Shown: positions 49,869 to 64,000, numbered from the stretch's first letter. The stretch is DNA of 64,000 nt from Octopus vulgaris (GCA_951406725.2 OX597821.1:37262001-37326000); one strand, 5' to 3'. Made by a program: numbers and translations. Notes: generated by a model not told the origin, from the sequence alone.

Positions 49869-50246
49869 TCATCATCATCATCATCATCGTTTAGCATCCG
49901 CTTTCCATGCTGGCATGGGTTGGACGGTGCAACTGGGGTCTGGGAAGCAAGAAGGCTGCACCAGGCCCAGTCTGATCTGGCAATGTTTCTACGGCTGGAT
50001 GCCCTTCCTAACGCCAACCACTCCATGAGTGTAGTGGGTGCTTTTTACGTGCCAGACAAGGCTGGCAAACGGCCACGAGCGGATGGTGCCTTTTACGTGC
50101 CACCGGCACGGAGGCCAGGCAAGGCTGGCAACGGCCACGATCGGATGGTGCTTTTTACGTGCCACCGGCACGGAAGCCAGTTGGGGCGGCGCTGGCAACG
50201 GCCACATTCGGATGGTTCTCTTATGTGCCACCGGCACTGGTATCAC
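49869..50246 (-). mobile_element. RTE-tail repeat
   Basis: (CAT)n tail, conserved block, CpGs largely intact. Confidence 0.88.
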
Positions 50247-50829
50247 TAAATGGCTGTTGGCCGTTAGATTATATTTTTACTTTTAACTTTGTTTAATCTC
50301 ATATGTTCTTGTCAGTATAGTTGTCCACCCAAATATGTCCACAAAAGGTTCTGGTTTCTATTTCTAAATTAAATTGAAGTTTATACATCAAACACATTTA
50401 GATAAAGAAAGCAAAACAAAGTAAAGAGATAAAGCTTGAACAGAATAATTTCTTTAATTTTAGAGGAATTGATGAAGAGAATTTAGTGGTAGAAAAATGA
50501 AGAGACTTTGGGTAGGGGTGGGAGGGGTGACTAGATTTTAAAAGGTCGGTTATTAGAGATACCTAATCAAAGTAGTTCACAGAGTGTTCAATGTGAGTTC
50601 TACCTTTTATGTATAAATTTTGATATCTGAATGAATAATGTCCAAAATATATATCAATAACAAAAATTTCTCAGCTGATAAATTATTTCTTTGTAAATAG
50701 CTCCCTATTATTCTTAATTATTTATATTTAGAGTAAGTTACCACACAAATGTATTTAGCAAAGCAATTTTTTCATTTAATAAATTGTAAAGAAATTTGAA
50801 ATAGTTTTTTCTTTGCTGCAGGCTTGGCT

Positions 50830-51188
50830 TGGCTGTGTGAACCTTGCAACCACATGGCTTTGGGTTCAGTTCCAATGTGCAACACCTTGGGCAAGTGTCT
50901 TCTCCTATAGCCCCGGGATGACCAATGCCCTGTGAGTGACGATGGTAGATGGAAATTGTGTCCATACCGATTGTATGTAAGTGTGTGTGTGTTTGTCCCT
51001 TGCTGCTACTTGATAACCAGTGTTGGTTTGTTTATGTTCCCATTAACTTATTAGTTTGACAAAAAAAAAACGAAAGAACAAGTACCGTACTTAAAGAAAA
51101 GTCCTGAGGTTAATTTGATAAAATCTTTCAAAGCAGTGCCCCAGCATGGCCACAGTCCAATGATGGAAACAAATAAAAGATAAAAGAT
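50830..51188 (+). mobile_element. tRNA-derived SINE, same family as 63410-63803
   Basis: colinear with the 63.4-kb copy. Confidence 0.8.
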
Positions 51189-51230
51189 ACAAAAATTAAA
51201 AATACAAGTAAACTATCAAATGTTATTTAC

Positions 51231-51297
51231 TTTTATATGCTCTTCTCGATCTCTGAGGACTTTCAAACGTGCTTGGTTTAAAAGATTTGAGCTTTGG
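51231..51297 (-). CDS. ATP6V1E: V-ATPase subunit E exon
   Basis: 67 nt; (I)QSSNLLNQARLKVLRDREEHIK. Confidence 0.97.
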
Positions 51298-51422
51298 CTG
51301 AAAATAGAAAGATAAAATACGAAAATAACAAGAATTCCTAAATTTAATATAAAGGTAGTCACAAATTTTTCAGGGAAAGACTTAATTGCGAATATTTATT
51401 CACGTGAAGACATGTTGGGGCA

Positions 51423-51786
51423 AGCGAAATCGAAATCGAATTGAACCAGCCAGGATCCCTGGTCTGGTGGTACGTAAAAAGCACTATCCGACTCGTGGCC
51501 GATGCCAGCACCGCCTCGACTGGCTTCTGTGCCGGTGGCACATAAAATACACCAATCTGACCGTGGCCGTTGCCAGCCTCGCCTGGCACCTGTGCAGGTG
51601 GCACGTAAAAAGCACCCACTACACTCACGGAGTGGTTGGCGTTAGGAAGGGCATCCAGCTGTAGAAACATTGCCAGATTAGACTGGAGCCTGGTGCAGCC
51701 TTCTGGCTCCCCAGAACCCCGGTCGAACCGTCCAACCCATGCTAGCATGGAGAACGGATGTTAAACGATGATGATGATGATGATGA
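51423..51786 (+). mobile_element. RTE-tail repeat
   Basis: conserved block and (GAT)n tail; further shorter copies at 9092-9245, 15538-15697, 18810-18992, 52832-52966, 62590-62780. Confidence 0.88.
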
Positions 51787-52967
51787 CCTCTGCCCCAAAG
51801 ATGAAACTCAGATCATAGAGAGACACAACTAAATACTGTGAATTCTTTATCCAGTACCATACCACTTCTATTTCCTTCCCTTGATAGTAAATAATAAATC
51901 GTACAGGCATCATCCTTCTACACTCTTTTTAGAAGATGCAAAACACAGCAAGCATCTGAAGCACATCATGTTAAGTTAGGTCCTGGAGGAGAAAAATGTA
52001 ACAAGAATAATTTCTTAGATTGACATAAATTTAAAACTAACCAGTTGAATCAACCAATAAGTAATTAGTATTTAGTGCTTTGAGCGAAATTAAAAGGAAT
52101 GCAAACCCTTCAAGAATTTAAATATACAAGATATTTAGCCTAGCACTACATTCCTATAAACTCACAACATTAAAAGTAGTAATAATGATTGGTTTATGTA
52201 GAAAGATGAGAAATACTGAATTCACTCTTCTCAGGCTAGTATGGATGACGGACGTTAAATGATGATGATATAATGGGTTTTATTTTGTTTACATTTGTGG
52301 GTAGATTAAATTGATTGCGGAATTTGAATGTAGAAATATGAAGAGGGATCTTTACTAAGGATGCAATCAACACTCGATGGTTGCAGTAAAGATCAGTAAC
52401 AACAAATACTAAACAGCTCCGATTGTGTTACGTTAACAATTTCTGCATCATCATCATCATCATCACCACCACCACCACCACCACCACCACCATCATTTAA
52501 TATAGGTTTTTCCATGCCGACATGGGTTCGATGGTTTGATAAGGATCTGGCAAGCCATTAGGCCACATTGAGCTTCAATGCCAGTGTTGGCACGGCTTCT
52601 TTAGCCCTTCCCAACACTGACCACTTTACAGAGCGTAATGGGCATATGTTTTGTGTCACTGGCACTAATAAAGCTGTGAGGTAACTTGCAAAGCAAAAAA
52701 AAAAAAGGGAAGGAACAAAAGGGAAAAGAAAAAGGAAAAAGCCTCTTCAAGAAACTGGGGAGCGGTTAGCATGTAAGCAATGTCCTTTGTTCTCAATCTT
52801 CCATGAAAATATGTCAACAAATATATATATATCATCATCGTTTAATGTCCGTTTTCCATATTAGCATGGGTTGGACGGTTCGATCGGGGTCTGAGAAGCC
52901 AGGAGGCTGCACCAGGCTCGTTTGATCTGGCAGTGTTTCTACAGCTGGATGCCCTTCCTAATGCCAT

Positions 52968-52972
52968 GTGTG

Positions 52973-53008
<36 letters not shown>

Positions 53009-53233
53009 TACACACACACATATATATATATACACACACACACATATATATACACACACACACATATATACACACAAATATATACATATATAAATAAAAG
53101 TAGAGAGCCAAAAGGAAGAGTAAGTACAGTTAGGCAGCTCTATTTGTACTCAAATATGTTCTTAACAAACAATGCTAGGAAGACGGGTTGGTTCCTCTCA
53201 AATTCTTTGTAAACTCTTAAATATATTTCCTTC

Positions 53234-53286
<53 letters not shown>

Positions 53287-53586
53287 TAGCAAACAAACAT
53301 GATTTTTATGAACTCCTAATTCTTTTTGTTGAATATTTTCTTAAATACTTTCTTGTAAACTGTTTTTAACATTTTCTTATTATTATTATCAAAGAATGTA
53401 TATATGTATTTTAATACTTTTGTGACAACCAGTACTTAGCACAACAAAGCTTTCTCTCACTCTCTCTTCCTGTTTCTTGAGTAACACTGTGATGGACTGG
53501 CGTCCTGTCCAGCTGGGGGGGAACACATACGCTACAGAAACCGGGCCCATGAGCCTGGCTAGGCTTGAAAAGAGCAACGTTTATCG

Positions 53587-53628
<42 letters not shown>

Positions 53629-53680
53629 CATATATATATATATAACACATGTATGTATGTATGTACACACACACACTACA
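52968..53680. repeat. cluster of (TA)n/(CA)n microsatellites
   Basis: runs at 52968-53090, 53234-53285, 53590-53680; others at 8527-8575, 30105-30147, 55260-55293, (CAT/CAC)n at 52447-52495. Confidence 0.9.
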
Positions 53681-54356
53681 TGGAATACTATAAGTAATGT
53701 ATACACAATTATACCATACCAATGTACCATATTTTCTGGCATATAAAGTTAACTTTTTCCCCACCATCAACATTTCCCACACCCTGTACCTTATATGCTG
53801 AAAGTCAGGCTTTGAGTTGACTTGGGCAACTGACAAGTGTTAAGTTTAGTGCTACAGTGAGGCCTAACATTATCTATTTTTCGAATGATTAGTAATTGAA
53901 AATTAAAAATATAAATTTAAAATATATCAATATATGTGTAGTTATATTAATGAATTACATCAGTATTTAATAATCACATATATTCCCAGCAGCTGCGTGC
54001 TGTTGTTGGTTTACATGAGAAGATAGCAATCAGTGTTGCAGAAACAAAGTGGTGATATTTGGTAATGTTAAGGTAACTTATCCATGAATAACAGTTTTTA
54101 TGTTCTTAAATGGTTGAAATGTCATTAAGGAGGCCTTTTTCTCAACTATTTAACATACCACCAATAATTATATTTATTGACAGGTAACCTAGAATTTCTT
54201 TAATACAACAGCATAGACATGTCACTTCAACAAATTAAGAATCTTTTATGGACATCAACAAGTTACACAGCAACTAGCAGCGAGCTCAGATTTATTAATT
54301 GTTTAATGTCAAAAACATTTGCAAGTTGAAGTCATTAAAAAGGAAATTTAACATAC

Positions 54357-54466
54357 ATTTTCTTTTGAAGCTCAACTTGTTTTTCTTTACGTTCATAATA
54401 TTCCAGAATCTTTACTCTTTGTTGTTGAACCAAACGGCCTTTTTCAATATTAAATTCTTCTTCTGC
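54357..54466 (-). CDS. ATP6V1E: V-ATPase subunit E exon
   Basis: 110 nt; [36 protein letters not shown](I). Confidence 0.98.
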
Positions 54467-55258
54467 CTGAAAAGAGCAAATTCAAAATGTTGTACACAAA
54501 ATTGGATTCTGTACAGTAAATGTGTGTGTGTCTGTTGATAACAAAATGTTCTGAAAATGCCCTAAAAGAATAACACAATCTGGTTATTGTGCTGACCTAT
54601 TCACTTTTCAATCCTTAAAATGATGTTAAACAAATGAAGGATTACATATTTCAGAAGAAAGTTCATACAAAATGCTTTGTTTAAAAAACCAAGACTGCCT
54701 ATGATTATCATTCAACATCTTTCCCATTTTAGACATAACAGATATTGTTAGATCTTTTTTTTGTATCTGGATTTCACTGGATGTGAGGAAGTAAGATGGT
54801 TACATGGATTATATTTTCTCTCAGTGGCTGTATTCCTTCATTGCAATTTGAGATTTCATAATTTTGGTTTGTGAAGGGAAAAAATACTGAATAAATATAA
54901 AGAGACCCAAAGATACCACTGCTATTTCCAGCGGTTGAGCATCTATCCTTGACAAGGCCAGAGAAGGCCGCAACCATGTGATCTGATGGTCTCAGCAGTG
55001 GCAAGTGATTTATCTCCTGCTAACAATGTAAACAAGAATGCTTATATGTACCAAAAGCCCATATGAGAGATTTTCTCATGGTAACTATTGTAGTATTCTG
55101 TGTTCTACAAAATATCCACTTTTAAAAGGGGATAAATATTATCTTTCGATATTAATACTTGCTTCTGTCACTAATAATTATTTGATAATTATTTTGTAAG
55201 CCTTGCATATTTCTACTTCTCTTAGCAGCAGATGGCAGTGATAACATGTTTAACATTA

Positions 55259-55296
<38 letters not shown>

Positions 55297-55299
55297 TCA

Positions 55300-55840
55300 T
55301 CATCATCAAGGCAGAGAAAAGTGAGAGGAAATTGAGATGTCATAGGAAAGAAGTGTGTCTGTATGGACAATGGTTCACTTGCAGTTAGTGATTCTGCAGA
55401 GGCTTGGAAATGTCATTATGAGAGGCTGTTAAATGTAGAGAATGCATGGGAGAAGTTAGAGTCTGCCTAATGTAGACCCAACTGAGGGACCAGCTATCTG
55501 ATTTAACAGTAGCTTGGTAGAAAAAGCAGTTAAGGATATGAAGACAGGGAAAGTTCTCGGGAGATGCTTAAAATATCTGGCGGAGTTGGATATGGCCTAG
55601 TCACCCATGTAAATTACGTTGTCCACAAAGGAGTCATACCCAATGATTGGTGTAGCAGCATTATAGTCAACTGCTACAAAGGCAAAAGTGATGCTTTAGA
55701 CAGAAATAATTAGAGGCATCAAATTGCTGGACCTCACAGAAAGGGTCATAGCCTAATTAATTAGGAAGAGAGATAGTGTAGATGAGATGCAGTTCAGATT
55801 TGTGCTAGATAAAAGCACAACAGATGCTATATTCTTGGTT
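55300..55840 (+). mobile_element. RTE-clade LINE fragment
   Basis: EAWKCHYERLLNVENAWE, IPNDWCSSIIVNCYKGK, STTDAIF. Confidence 0.85.
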
Positions 55841-56599
55841 AGGGTACTCTATATTATACAAGGGTGGAGGTAATTGGAAAGAAGATAGACAGGGTAGTGA
55901 TAGGATGCCAGAGCATCTCAAGATATAAGAAAGTGGGTATGAGAGAGGATTTTCAGAGAGTGGATCACAGGGGTGGGAGTTTCATAAGAGTATGAGAGGG
56001 AAAATACGAGAGGGTTAGAGATGGAGATAGAGGTGAGGTTGATGGGAAAAAACTGTATGGAGAGGAGATGAGGTGAGAAAGAAAGGAGTGATTGAAGAAG
56101 GAAAATAATTCATAGAGTAAGAGAATGATGTGCAAGGTGTAGGAGTAGTGGTAGAGAGAGAGAGAGAGAAGTACATAAAGCAGAGGAGCTTTGGTAAATG
56201 GGGTATAACAGTAGATATGAGAAGTGTTAAGATGTAATGGGGTGGGGAGAGCAATGGCTGAAGGCACAGAAAATAGGTGACTGATGGAAATATTTTGAGA
56301 AAGGGATGATAAGATGTAGAAGTGGTTTGGTGGTAGGGTAAGGACTATAGAATACACTTGCTCAAGGTACCACAGAGTGGAACAGAACCTGAAATCACAC
56401 GATAGCAAAGTGAGCTTCTAAACCACTGTCATGCTTGCTGATTTATTAAAGGGATTGGTTGTTTGACCCGAAAACATAGGAATGTATTTTCATTTATAAA
56501 ATCATTAAAAAGCCAAAACATGTACACTCTTTCCTCTACATTTTTCACCCTCTGAGCATTTTCCAACTTAAAACTAGAGAAGGAACGAGAGCCAGTCAA

Positions 56600-57672
56600 G
56601 GAGTACTGGCCACAGCTGCGATTTTGATTTTACTTGACACAACAGCTCTTCTCATGCATATCATATCATCCAATGCATCAAGGGTACTTTTAAATGGGTC
56701 GGACATGCAACATTGGCATCAGCCATGGCTGTGATCTCACTTTAGTTGCTGAGTCTTCTCAATCAAAGCATACCTTCAAAGGTCTCAGTCTCCTGTCATT
56801 GCCTCTGTGAGGCTCAGTGTTCGAAGGCCATGCCTCACCATCTCATCCCATGTCTTCCTGGGTCTACCTCTTCTACAGGTTCCTTCCACAGCTGTCTTCA
56901 TCCATACGTAACACATAACCATACCAGCACAGTCATCTCTCTTGCACACCACATCTGATACTTCTTATGTCCGATCTCTCTCAGGGCACTCACACTGTCA
57001 TGTATGCACACTGACATTACACATCCATCAGAGCATACTAGCTTCATTTCTTTCAAGCCTATGCATGTCATCAGTAGTCATGGCCCATGTTTCACTGCCA
57101 TGTAGCATGACAGTTTGAACACATGCATCATACAGTCTACCTTTCATTCTGAGTGAGAGGCCCATAGTTACCAGAAGAGGTAGAAGCTCTCTGAACTTTG
57201 CCCAGGCTATTCTTATTCTAGCTGATACACTCTCAGAGTAACCACTCCCACTACAGACTTGGTCGCTTAGGTAGTGGAAGGGATCAACTACTTCTAGTTT
57301 CTTTTTCCCTGTCATGTGATGGAATCTGTTTTCTGTACATTTGCCACACACAAAAACTATCTTCCCAGTTAACCTTCCTTTGATATTGCTGCACCTTTTA
57401 TGCGCCCATAGCTTACACTGGGTACATTGTATAGAGTTTCTACCTATGCCTTTTCTACAGATCAAACAAGGCCATCTACGTGAAGGGGTTTGTGATTTGT
57501 CAGCCCTCCTACTTACTAAGACTTCGGTTTTTGCTAGGTTAACCCTAAGGCCTTTCGATTCTAGACTTTGCTTCCACATCCTAAACCTCATCTCTAGCTG
57601 TGGTAGTGATTCGACTGTTAGAGCAAGGTCATCAGCATAGAGTAGCTCTCAGGGGCAGCCTGCCTTGAATTC
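56600..57672 (-). mobile_element. RTE-clade LINE fragment
   Basis: ELLYADDLAL; ORF 57028-57591 with GLRVNLAKT, Cys-rich insert, RLYDACVQTVMLHGSETW. Confidence 0.92.
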
Positions 57673-57769
57673 AATACTATAAAAGTGTCCAAAGTCTTCA
57701 TTGTAGATGCATACCCTGATCACTGACATGATTACTCTGATTCAGTGTTTATATAATATTTACAAATGT

Positions 57770-57930
57770 TGCATTTCGTCTGTCTTTACGTTCTGAGTTC
57801 AAATTCTGCTGAGGTCGACTTTGCCTTTCGGGGTTGATAAATTAAGCACCAGTATATAACTGGTTGATCTAATCGACTGCCCCCCGCCCATCTCCAAAAA
57901 TTTCGGGCCTCATGCCTAGAGTAGAAAAGA
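57770..57930 (+). mobile_element. SINE, same family
   Basis: GTTCAAATTCTGCTGAGGTCGACTTTGCCTTT core. Confidence 0.75.
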
Positions 57931-58627
57931 ATATTTACAAATATTTATGCTCTAGATTTAGGATGAGGTTACTGAACCAGTCTACATATTAAAGTACAAG
58001 CCTTGTCTTAACTGTCAATGGGAAAACATCAGTGTACCCTATTTAATATGTGCACATGCTTCTTCCACCTGTAGATCTGTTGCATAATATTTTGTGTATG
58101 TATATGGGTTTCTATTTTGGATACATACCATAAATAAGTTCCTTAATAATGTAATACCAGACATAGTTTATAGAAAGACATTATATTGGAGGTAGACATT
58201 ATGCTACAGACAGATACTGCAAACATACTTTGAGTCATTATAAATACACAGTAATGCTATTGCATTTCATTCCTACCTGACTGAATGAAAAACAGGAAAT
58301 AAATGTGAAGGCAACAACCTAGGAGTCAGTAGTTACAAATGGAATTACAACCATCCAATGATAATGGAACTGGAATAAACTTAAACACATCAAAGGACTC
58401 AAAGACAGCTAGAATAAATTACTGCTGTGATAGATTTAAAGGGGAATATAATTCCATGGGTGTATGCATTAAATGACCAACTATTCCACAATCTAACTCT
58501 TTCATTTTCAACACTTGATACCAAGTCAGTCACTTGCCAAACAAGTACAATTTCCAAAGCATGAAACAGGAATTTCTTTAATCAAAGACTTTCAAGAATT
58601 TTGTATTCTTTTCAAATGTTTACTGAC

Positions 58628-58693
58628 CTTTACATCAATTTCTTCAGCCTTTTCATTAGCCTCTTGTTCTATAAAGGCCATCATATGTTTAAT
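58628..58693 (-). CDS. ATP6V1E: V-ATPase subunit E second coding exon (first exon not found in window)
   Basis: 66 nt; IKHMMAFIEQEANEKAEEIDVK, nearly identical to human. Confidence 0.98.
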
Positions 58694-61287
58694 CTAAAAA
58701 ACATAAAAAATATGTTAGTAATAAGTTACAATAAAAAAATACAATTAGATATGTCTGAAATCTGAGATATTGAAATAGAAATACTGAAGAATGAGCAGAA
58801 TAAATAAAGCCCTCTGATTGAAAAGAAATATTTGTTAACAAGTTATACTAGAACTTTCTAGAAACTAAGTTTCTGCAACCTGTTTCTATAATATAACGAA
58901 AGCAACTCAGTAATCATCAAAAGGTGTACGGAAAATGATTTTACACTCTGCTTTGTTCAGTGTTCATACCTACCATGTTGATAATGCCATCTTAAAGACT
59001 GTTGCAATAAGTCTTAGACCAGCAGCAAAAATTGCAGTGATGATTTTTCCTGGCTTTTGATAAAAAAAAGTGTTTGATCTATCATCAAATATACAAGAGT
59101 TCTTTCAGCAGTGATCTGAATTATTATTTGAAGGAAGTGGAACAGCAAAAATAGTCAAATGTTGGACAATGTATTCATCTATAAGTTCAAATCTCATTGG
59201 AGTTGATTCAATAAATACTAAAAGTTATTAAATTGGTAGAGTTGCCACAGAAGGTAGAACTCTGGCTTAGATGTATGGTATCTAGTTCCTTGTTTACAAT
59301 TCTGAGTTTAAAAAGCAGTAATATACGGAGTTCAAATCACTTAAGATATGAGAGATAGGTGATAGGTATTGGATACACACAGATTGAATGCTTTCCTCTT
59401 AATTACAGGTGACATGGTAGAAGAGATAAGGAGATGAGAAGGTAGAGTAAATAGGAAAAGGGATATTGGGGAGATGTGAGGGTGTGAGTCAGCAAAGGCT
59501 CAGCCATGCATGTAATGTATATGTGTGTGTGTGTGTGTCTATATATATATATATCCCAGCTATCATCACTACCCCAGTATTTTAGGGGCTCGGTCTTTTG
59601 CAGCATCACTTATCACCAGTTGACATGGTCCTCCAACATCTCTTTCATCGGATTATTATCTTGGGATAGTTTCTCACCACTATCTTGTCAAGTCTTCTTC
59701 AGTCTCCCAGATGGATCAGAGGACCAGATTTTGCCTGAGCATTTCATTTTTGGCTTGGTTCCTATGGCTGGATACCCTTCCTAACACCACCCACTTTACA
59801 GAGCATAGCACTGGGAGCATTTTATGATAGCACCAGCACTAGTGACACTGCCTTGTACTGTGTAAAGAGTCATCGTTATTCTGTGGGTTGTTTGTTCCCT
59901 CAAGGCACTGACTCAGAAGGTGAATAGAAGGAGTGAGAGAATGATAGTTAAAACGGTGTTGGAGGGTGATTAGTTGAAGGAGAGTGAATGTTATGGATAG
60001 TGATAGAGAGGTCCAATGGTAAGATTGAGTCATGGAAGAATATAATGAATACATAAGTGATAAGGTTGTTGGGATTGAATAGACCTAAGTCTAAAACAAT
60101 CCTTGTTACATGGGTGGCTCTGTACAGTGAATAGAAATGAGTAAATGTTGGTGAAACGGGTGGGTCATATAGGAAAAATATCATTTCTAGTCGCATGAGA
60201 TGTATTGTACGGAGGATAGAAGAGAAGGTGAATGAGAGATGAAGTAGCAGATGGACACTTAACTAGGACTACTGGGCAAGAAACCCAAATATAGATACTT
60301 CCCTTGCCATCACCTTATATCATTATCGTTAGTTTTTAAGGTTCATTTTGCTATGGTTTAGGGATGAATGAATCTTCTCCAGTGATGCATATTGCTTACC
60401 ATATCCATCCTGTGTCATCATCTTGAGATCAGTCTTCACCAATTCAATCCATATCTTCCTAGGTCTCCTCCTTCTACAGCAGGGGTTCTCAACCATTTTT
60501 TATCTAGGGACCCCTTTGATTACTATTTTATTTTGATGGACCCCCACCCTCCAAAATTTCTTTCAAAATTCCTATTTTGTTTTTCTCACATTAACTTGTG
60601 TAGGTTGAACTACATAAAATGTTAGCGAAAGAAACTCATCTTAATCGCCTCTTATTGCTTGGCGAACTAAAATAGGAAGGACTGAGAACTGAGCCTGATG
60701 GACCCCTGCTGATATTCTAAATCCATTACTGTACCTATTGCTTACACTCACCTTCCTGACGACATCTCTGTACATGGTTTCTGTTTATAATCTATTACCA
60801 AAGTTTAGATAATAGAATTTCTATTGGCATTGTAGAAACAATTGACTAAATTCAATAAATCTCAACTACAAAACAATGGCTTAGAAAACATGGTTGCAAC
60901 AGCTGGCATTGAATGTAATTAGTGGAGAGTCATTTAATAAGTCATATAAGAATATCAAAGAACAATATCTTTTCTGATGAATGTTAAGTAAGTTGTAAGT
61001 TTGTTGCACTAAAAGCAAATGATAAGCATTTAAAAGCATACAATAGAAAGTATTGTATGTTAATTATACTGTATCAAAACAAAATTAATGCAATCTATCT
61101 GTCCGTCTGTCTGTCAATCTATAAACATATATGTGTGTATATAAAGACTATAAATGCTTGTATATCTCTTTTGTTAACTGAGAGAACCAGCCAATGGAGT
61201 TCCAAACAATACAACACTACGATATATCAATGAATTGCTCACAAATGTTATTGGGATATAAAATTCCCTCCACACTAGCAACATTAA

Positions 61288-61509
61288 CCCTTTAGTGTTC
61301 ACATTATTCTGCCAAAATTAATGCTTTTTTTATCCACATTGTCTTGAACTAATCATGCATTATCTTGTAGCCATGAGATTTTGATGAGGTAGCTGTTAAT
61401 TTTCAAGACGCTATTGTAGGGCTGGTGTGAGAGACCAGATCTGGCCAGTTTGAACATAAAACTGGCAGAATACTTTTGGCAGGATATGCCCGGTTTAAAT
61501 GCTAAAGGG
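61288..61509. mobile_element. piggyBac-type MITE
   Basis: TTAA|CCCTTTAG ... CTAAAGGG|TTAA, 222 bp. Confidence 0.85.
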
Positions 61510-63409
61510 TTAATTTTATTGTTTCAAGAAATGCTTTACACTTTTTAGCATTACTAAACTATATCAAAGAAACTTAGCTTTCTCTCAGAAGGATGTGGTA
61601 CTTGAACACTGAGCACTTGTTTTTAATCTACAAGGCCCAAAGATGCCATAATAGTTTATCTGGGGGCAATATATCAGTTTCACCAACACCCTAAACTATA
61701 TTAAGCAAGAACGATCTCTTCTTACTAACAGCAATCCTATCTAAGCCCCACATTGTGCAAAACCTTCATTGCATCTTATTTAGATGGACTTTGCACTCTC
61801 CACTTTAAACTATTTCACTTCCTACCTCCTGCACCAAAAAAAATTAATGCTGTCTAGATTTTATAGAACATATCAATATAAAACTATATTCCCAGGTTTT
61901 TCCATTAACCACATATTTACATTTTACATTTATCAACTTCACTTTCTCATTCTCCATCTCTTCTTAAAGATTTCATGAAAATAAAAAAGCTTTTGTAGAT
62001 TTTATATATTGAGCAACTCTCATAAGCCATTTCTTTGCATCTGACAGCTTTTTAAATTATAAAGTTTTTCTCAAATCCATTTTCCCACCAGAAACTCAAC
62101 ATCTGTAATCTTAAATACAAGAAAAGACCAACTCCTATCCTGCCAAACAATCCATGAATCTCATGCATTCTTGTCATGCTTTTAGTCTCTGATAAATTTT
62201 TATCTGCTTTATAAGTAAACAGGTAATTTGTGAAAGAAATTAAATTAATATTTCTCTTACTGCTATCGTTCTCTCTACCCCATTTATCATAGTTCCCTTG
62301 GTCCACTCCTCTATCTTGTAGCATCACTGCCCACCCCCATGATCCACTGTGTCTTGAGATGCTCCAGTATCACACCACCACTTTAGTCCTCTTTCCAGCT
62401 ACTCCCACCCTTATACAATGTGAGGTTGGCCTTGTAGCTCTATTACAAGCCATTTGGGCTTGCTCTTCTATCATACTGTAACCTCTCAACATCCAACATA
62501 GAACCATTGCTTTTCTCTTTTCCCCAATTTACTTCAAGAGGCCTTTTCCTTTTCCTTCCAACCTTTCTTTTCTTGCAAGTTATATGGCAACCTTGCTAAT
62601 GCCAGAGTCACAAAAAATGCAACTAGTATACTCTGAAAAAAGTAGTTGGCATTAGGAAGGACATCCAGCCACAGAAACCATACCTAAGCTAACATTGGAG
62701 CCCTACAGGTCACTGGATCCTGTCAAACAGTCCAACCTATGTCAACATGGAAAACAAACATTAAATGATGACGATGATTAATTCAATAAAACTAAAACAT
62801 GTCACAAATCTAAGCTTAAATGAGATGAATTAAGATTATCAGTTTGATCTCAATCATCCTTAAATGTCTTAATCCTGGAAGTGTACATTGTACAGGACTG
62901 GATTTGTAATGGGAACCCAAATTAAGAATAGCAACATTGTTCAGTTTAGAAATAGATTTCTGCTTTGATTTCACCCTGGTCTTTGTGAAGACATTCCAGA
63001 GTAAGACATCTGATGATGATTTGAGTCAACTGAAACACAATGGTTGATCCTTAGAAATAAGTGTTTATGATAATGTGATATAAAATGTTGAACAGGAAAA
63101 ACAGCAAGAAACATAATTACACACACAAGGTTCTATTTCTGTATTTCATCTAATAGCCTTTAGTCCAGCCCAATCTAATTGGTGAGATAATAACTGTTAA
63201 AGTAATGTACAATGTGATTCCATGACAATATGAAAGGTAGTTCATATTGTTACATGAAAACCAACAGTTCAAGTTAAAACAGCAGTTCATACATTCAATA
63301 TGGGAGACAATGAGAATGGATTTAAAATAGTCAGTGATACATCAGTTTATGTAATATGTCAAAGTTTATGAGAATAAATCTTTATTTTTTGTTATTTAGT
63401 AGTTTTTAT

Positions 63410-63803
63410 AGGAGTGGCTGTGTGGTAAGTAGCTTGCTTACCAACCTCATGGTTCCGGGTTCAGTCCCACTGCGTGGCACCTTGGGCAAGTGTCTTCTAC
63501 TATAGCCTCGGGCCGACCAAAGCCTTGTGAGTGGATTTGGTAGACGGAAACTGAAAGAAGCCCGTCGTATATATGTATATATATATGTGTGCATGTATGT
63601 TTGTGTGTTTGTGTTTGTCCCCCTAGCATTGCTTGACAACCGATGCTGGTGTGTTTATGTCCCTGTCACTTAGCGGTTCGGCAAAAGAGACCGATAGAAT
63701 AAGTACTGGGCTTACAAAGAATAAGTCCTGGGATTGAGTTGCTCGATTAAAGGCGGTGCTCCAGCATGGCCGCAGTCAAATGACTGAAACAAGTAAAAGA
63801 GAA
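63410..63803 (+). mobile_element. tRNA-derived SINE (CORE-like ACCTTGGGCAAGT), full length
   Basis: A box TGGCTGTGTGG, B box GGTTCAGTCCC, internal (TA/TG)n; copies at 50830-51188 (+), 19270-19395 (-), 56355-56440 (-). Confidence 0.85.
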
Positions 63804-64000
63804 TATGATAAAGGTTGATAACTTGACTATAGTAAAAATGTGAATGAACATACTTCTGGGGAGAACTAGTCAGAATTGTTAAGTTAAGCGCTTGTCTCAT
63901 GGTGAGACAAGCTGAATGGAGCGTTTCATACAAAGCTGGGTTTATGTTGTTTAAACAGGCAAAATGAGTGTGTAGTCTTGATAGAAATGAGGCTAATATA

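Noticed and set aside
41277-58627. U12 introns in ATP6V1E
   Set aside because: All seven donors are ordinary GT sites without the RTATCCT consensus.
60480-60630. hAT MITE starting CAGGGGTTCTCAAC
   Set aside because: No matching second TIR or 8-bp TSD found; at most a fragment.
63410-63480. tRNA genes at SINE heads (also 9513, 12880, 50830)
   Set aside because: Only A/B boxes; no closed cloverleaf, and they run on into SINE bodies.
58694-64000. ATP6V1E first exon (MALSDADVQKQ-like) and promoter
   Set aside because: No matching sequence found; presumably beyond the window.

Overview
AT-rich, repeat-dense eukaryotic DNA; the SINE/RTE repertoire and (CAT)n/(TA)n microsatellites suggest an octopus (inference). 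Two spliced housekeeping genes point towards each other, and both lack their 5' exons in this window. AMD1 (S-adenosylmethionine decarboxylase, + strand) has 9 coding exons at 1058-37865. ATP6V1E (V-ATPase subunit E, - strand) has 8 coding exons at 58693-41214. Almost all ORF-track entries are noise or TE remnants. Main observations: (1) AMD1 contains a 4.6-kb minor-spliceosome (U12) AT-AC intron, 7718-12307, with canonical 5' splice site and branch point and no usable GT/AG alternative. (2) Three minimal hammerhead-ribozyme-like folds occur in Penelope-like intronic inserts; two sit inside perfect fold-back arms that share a conserved tail. (3) An intronic tRNA-Glu(TTC) copy has its oligo-T trailer fused to an RTE-type 3' tail, resembling a chimeric retrocopy. 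Introns also hold RTE and CR1-like LINEs, several SINEs, mariner, Tigger, piggyBac (one with a CTAA target duplication), Mutator-like, Tc1 and Helitron remnants. All coordinates were read by eye; TE boundaries are approximate.
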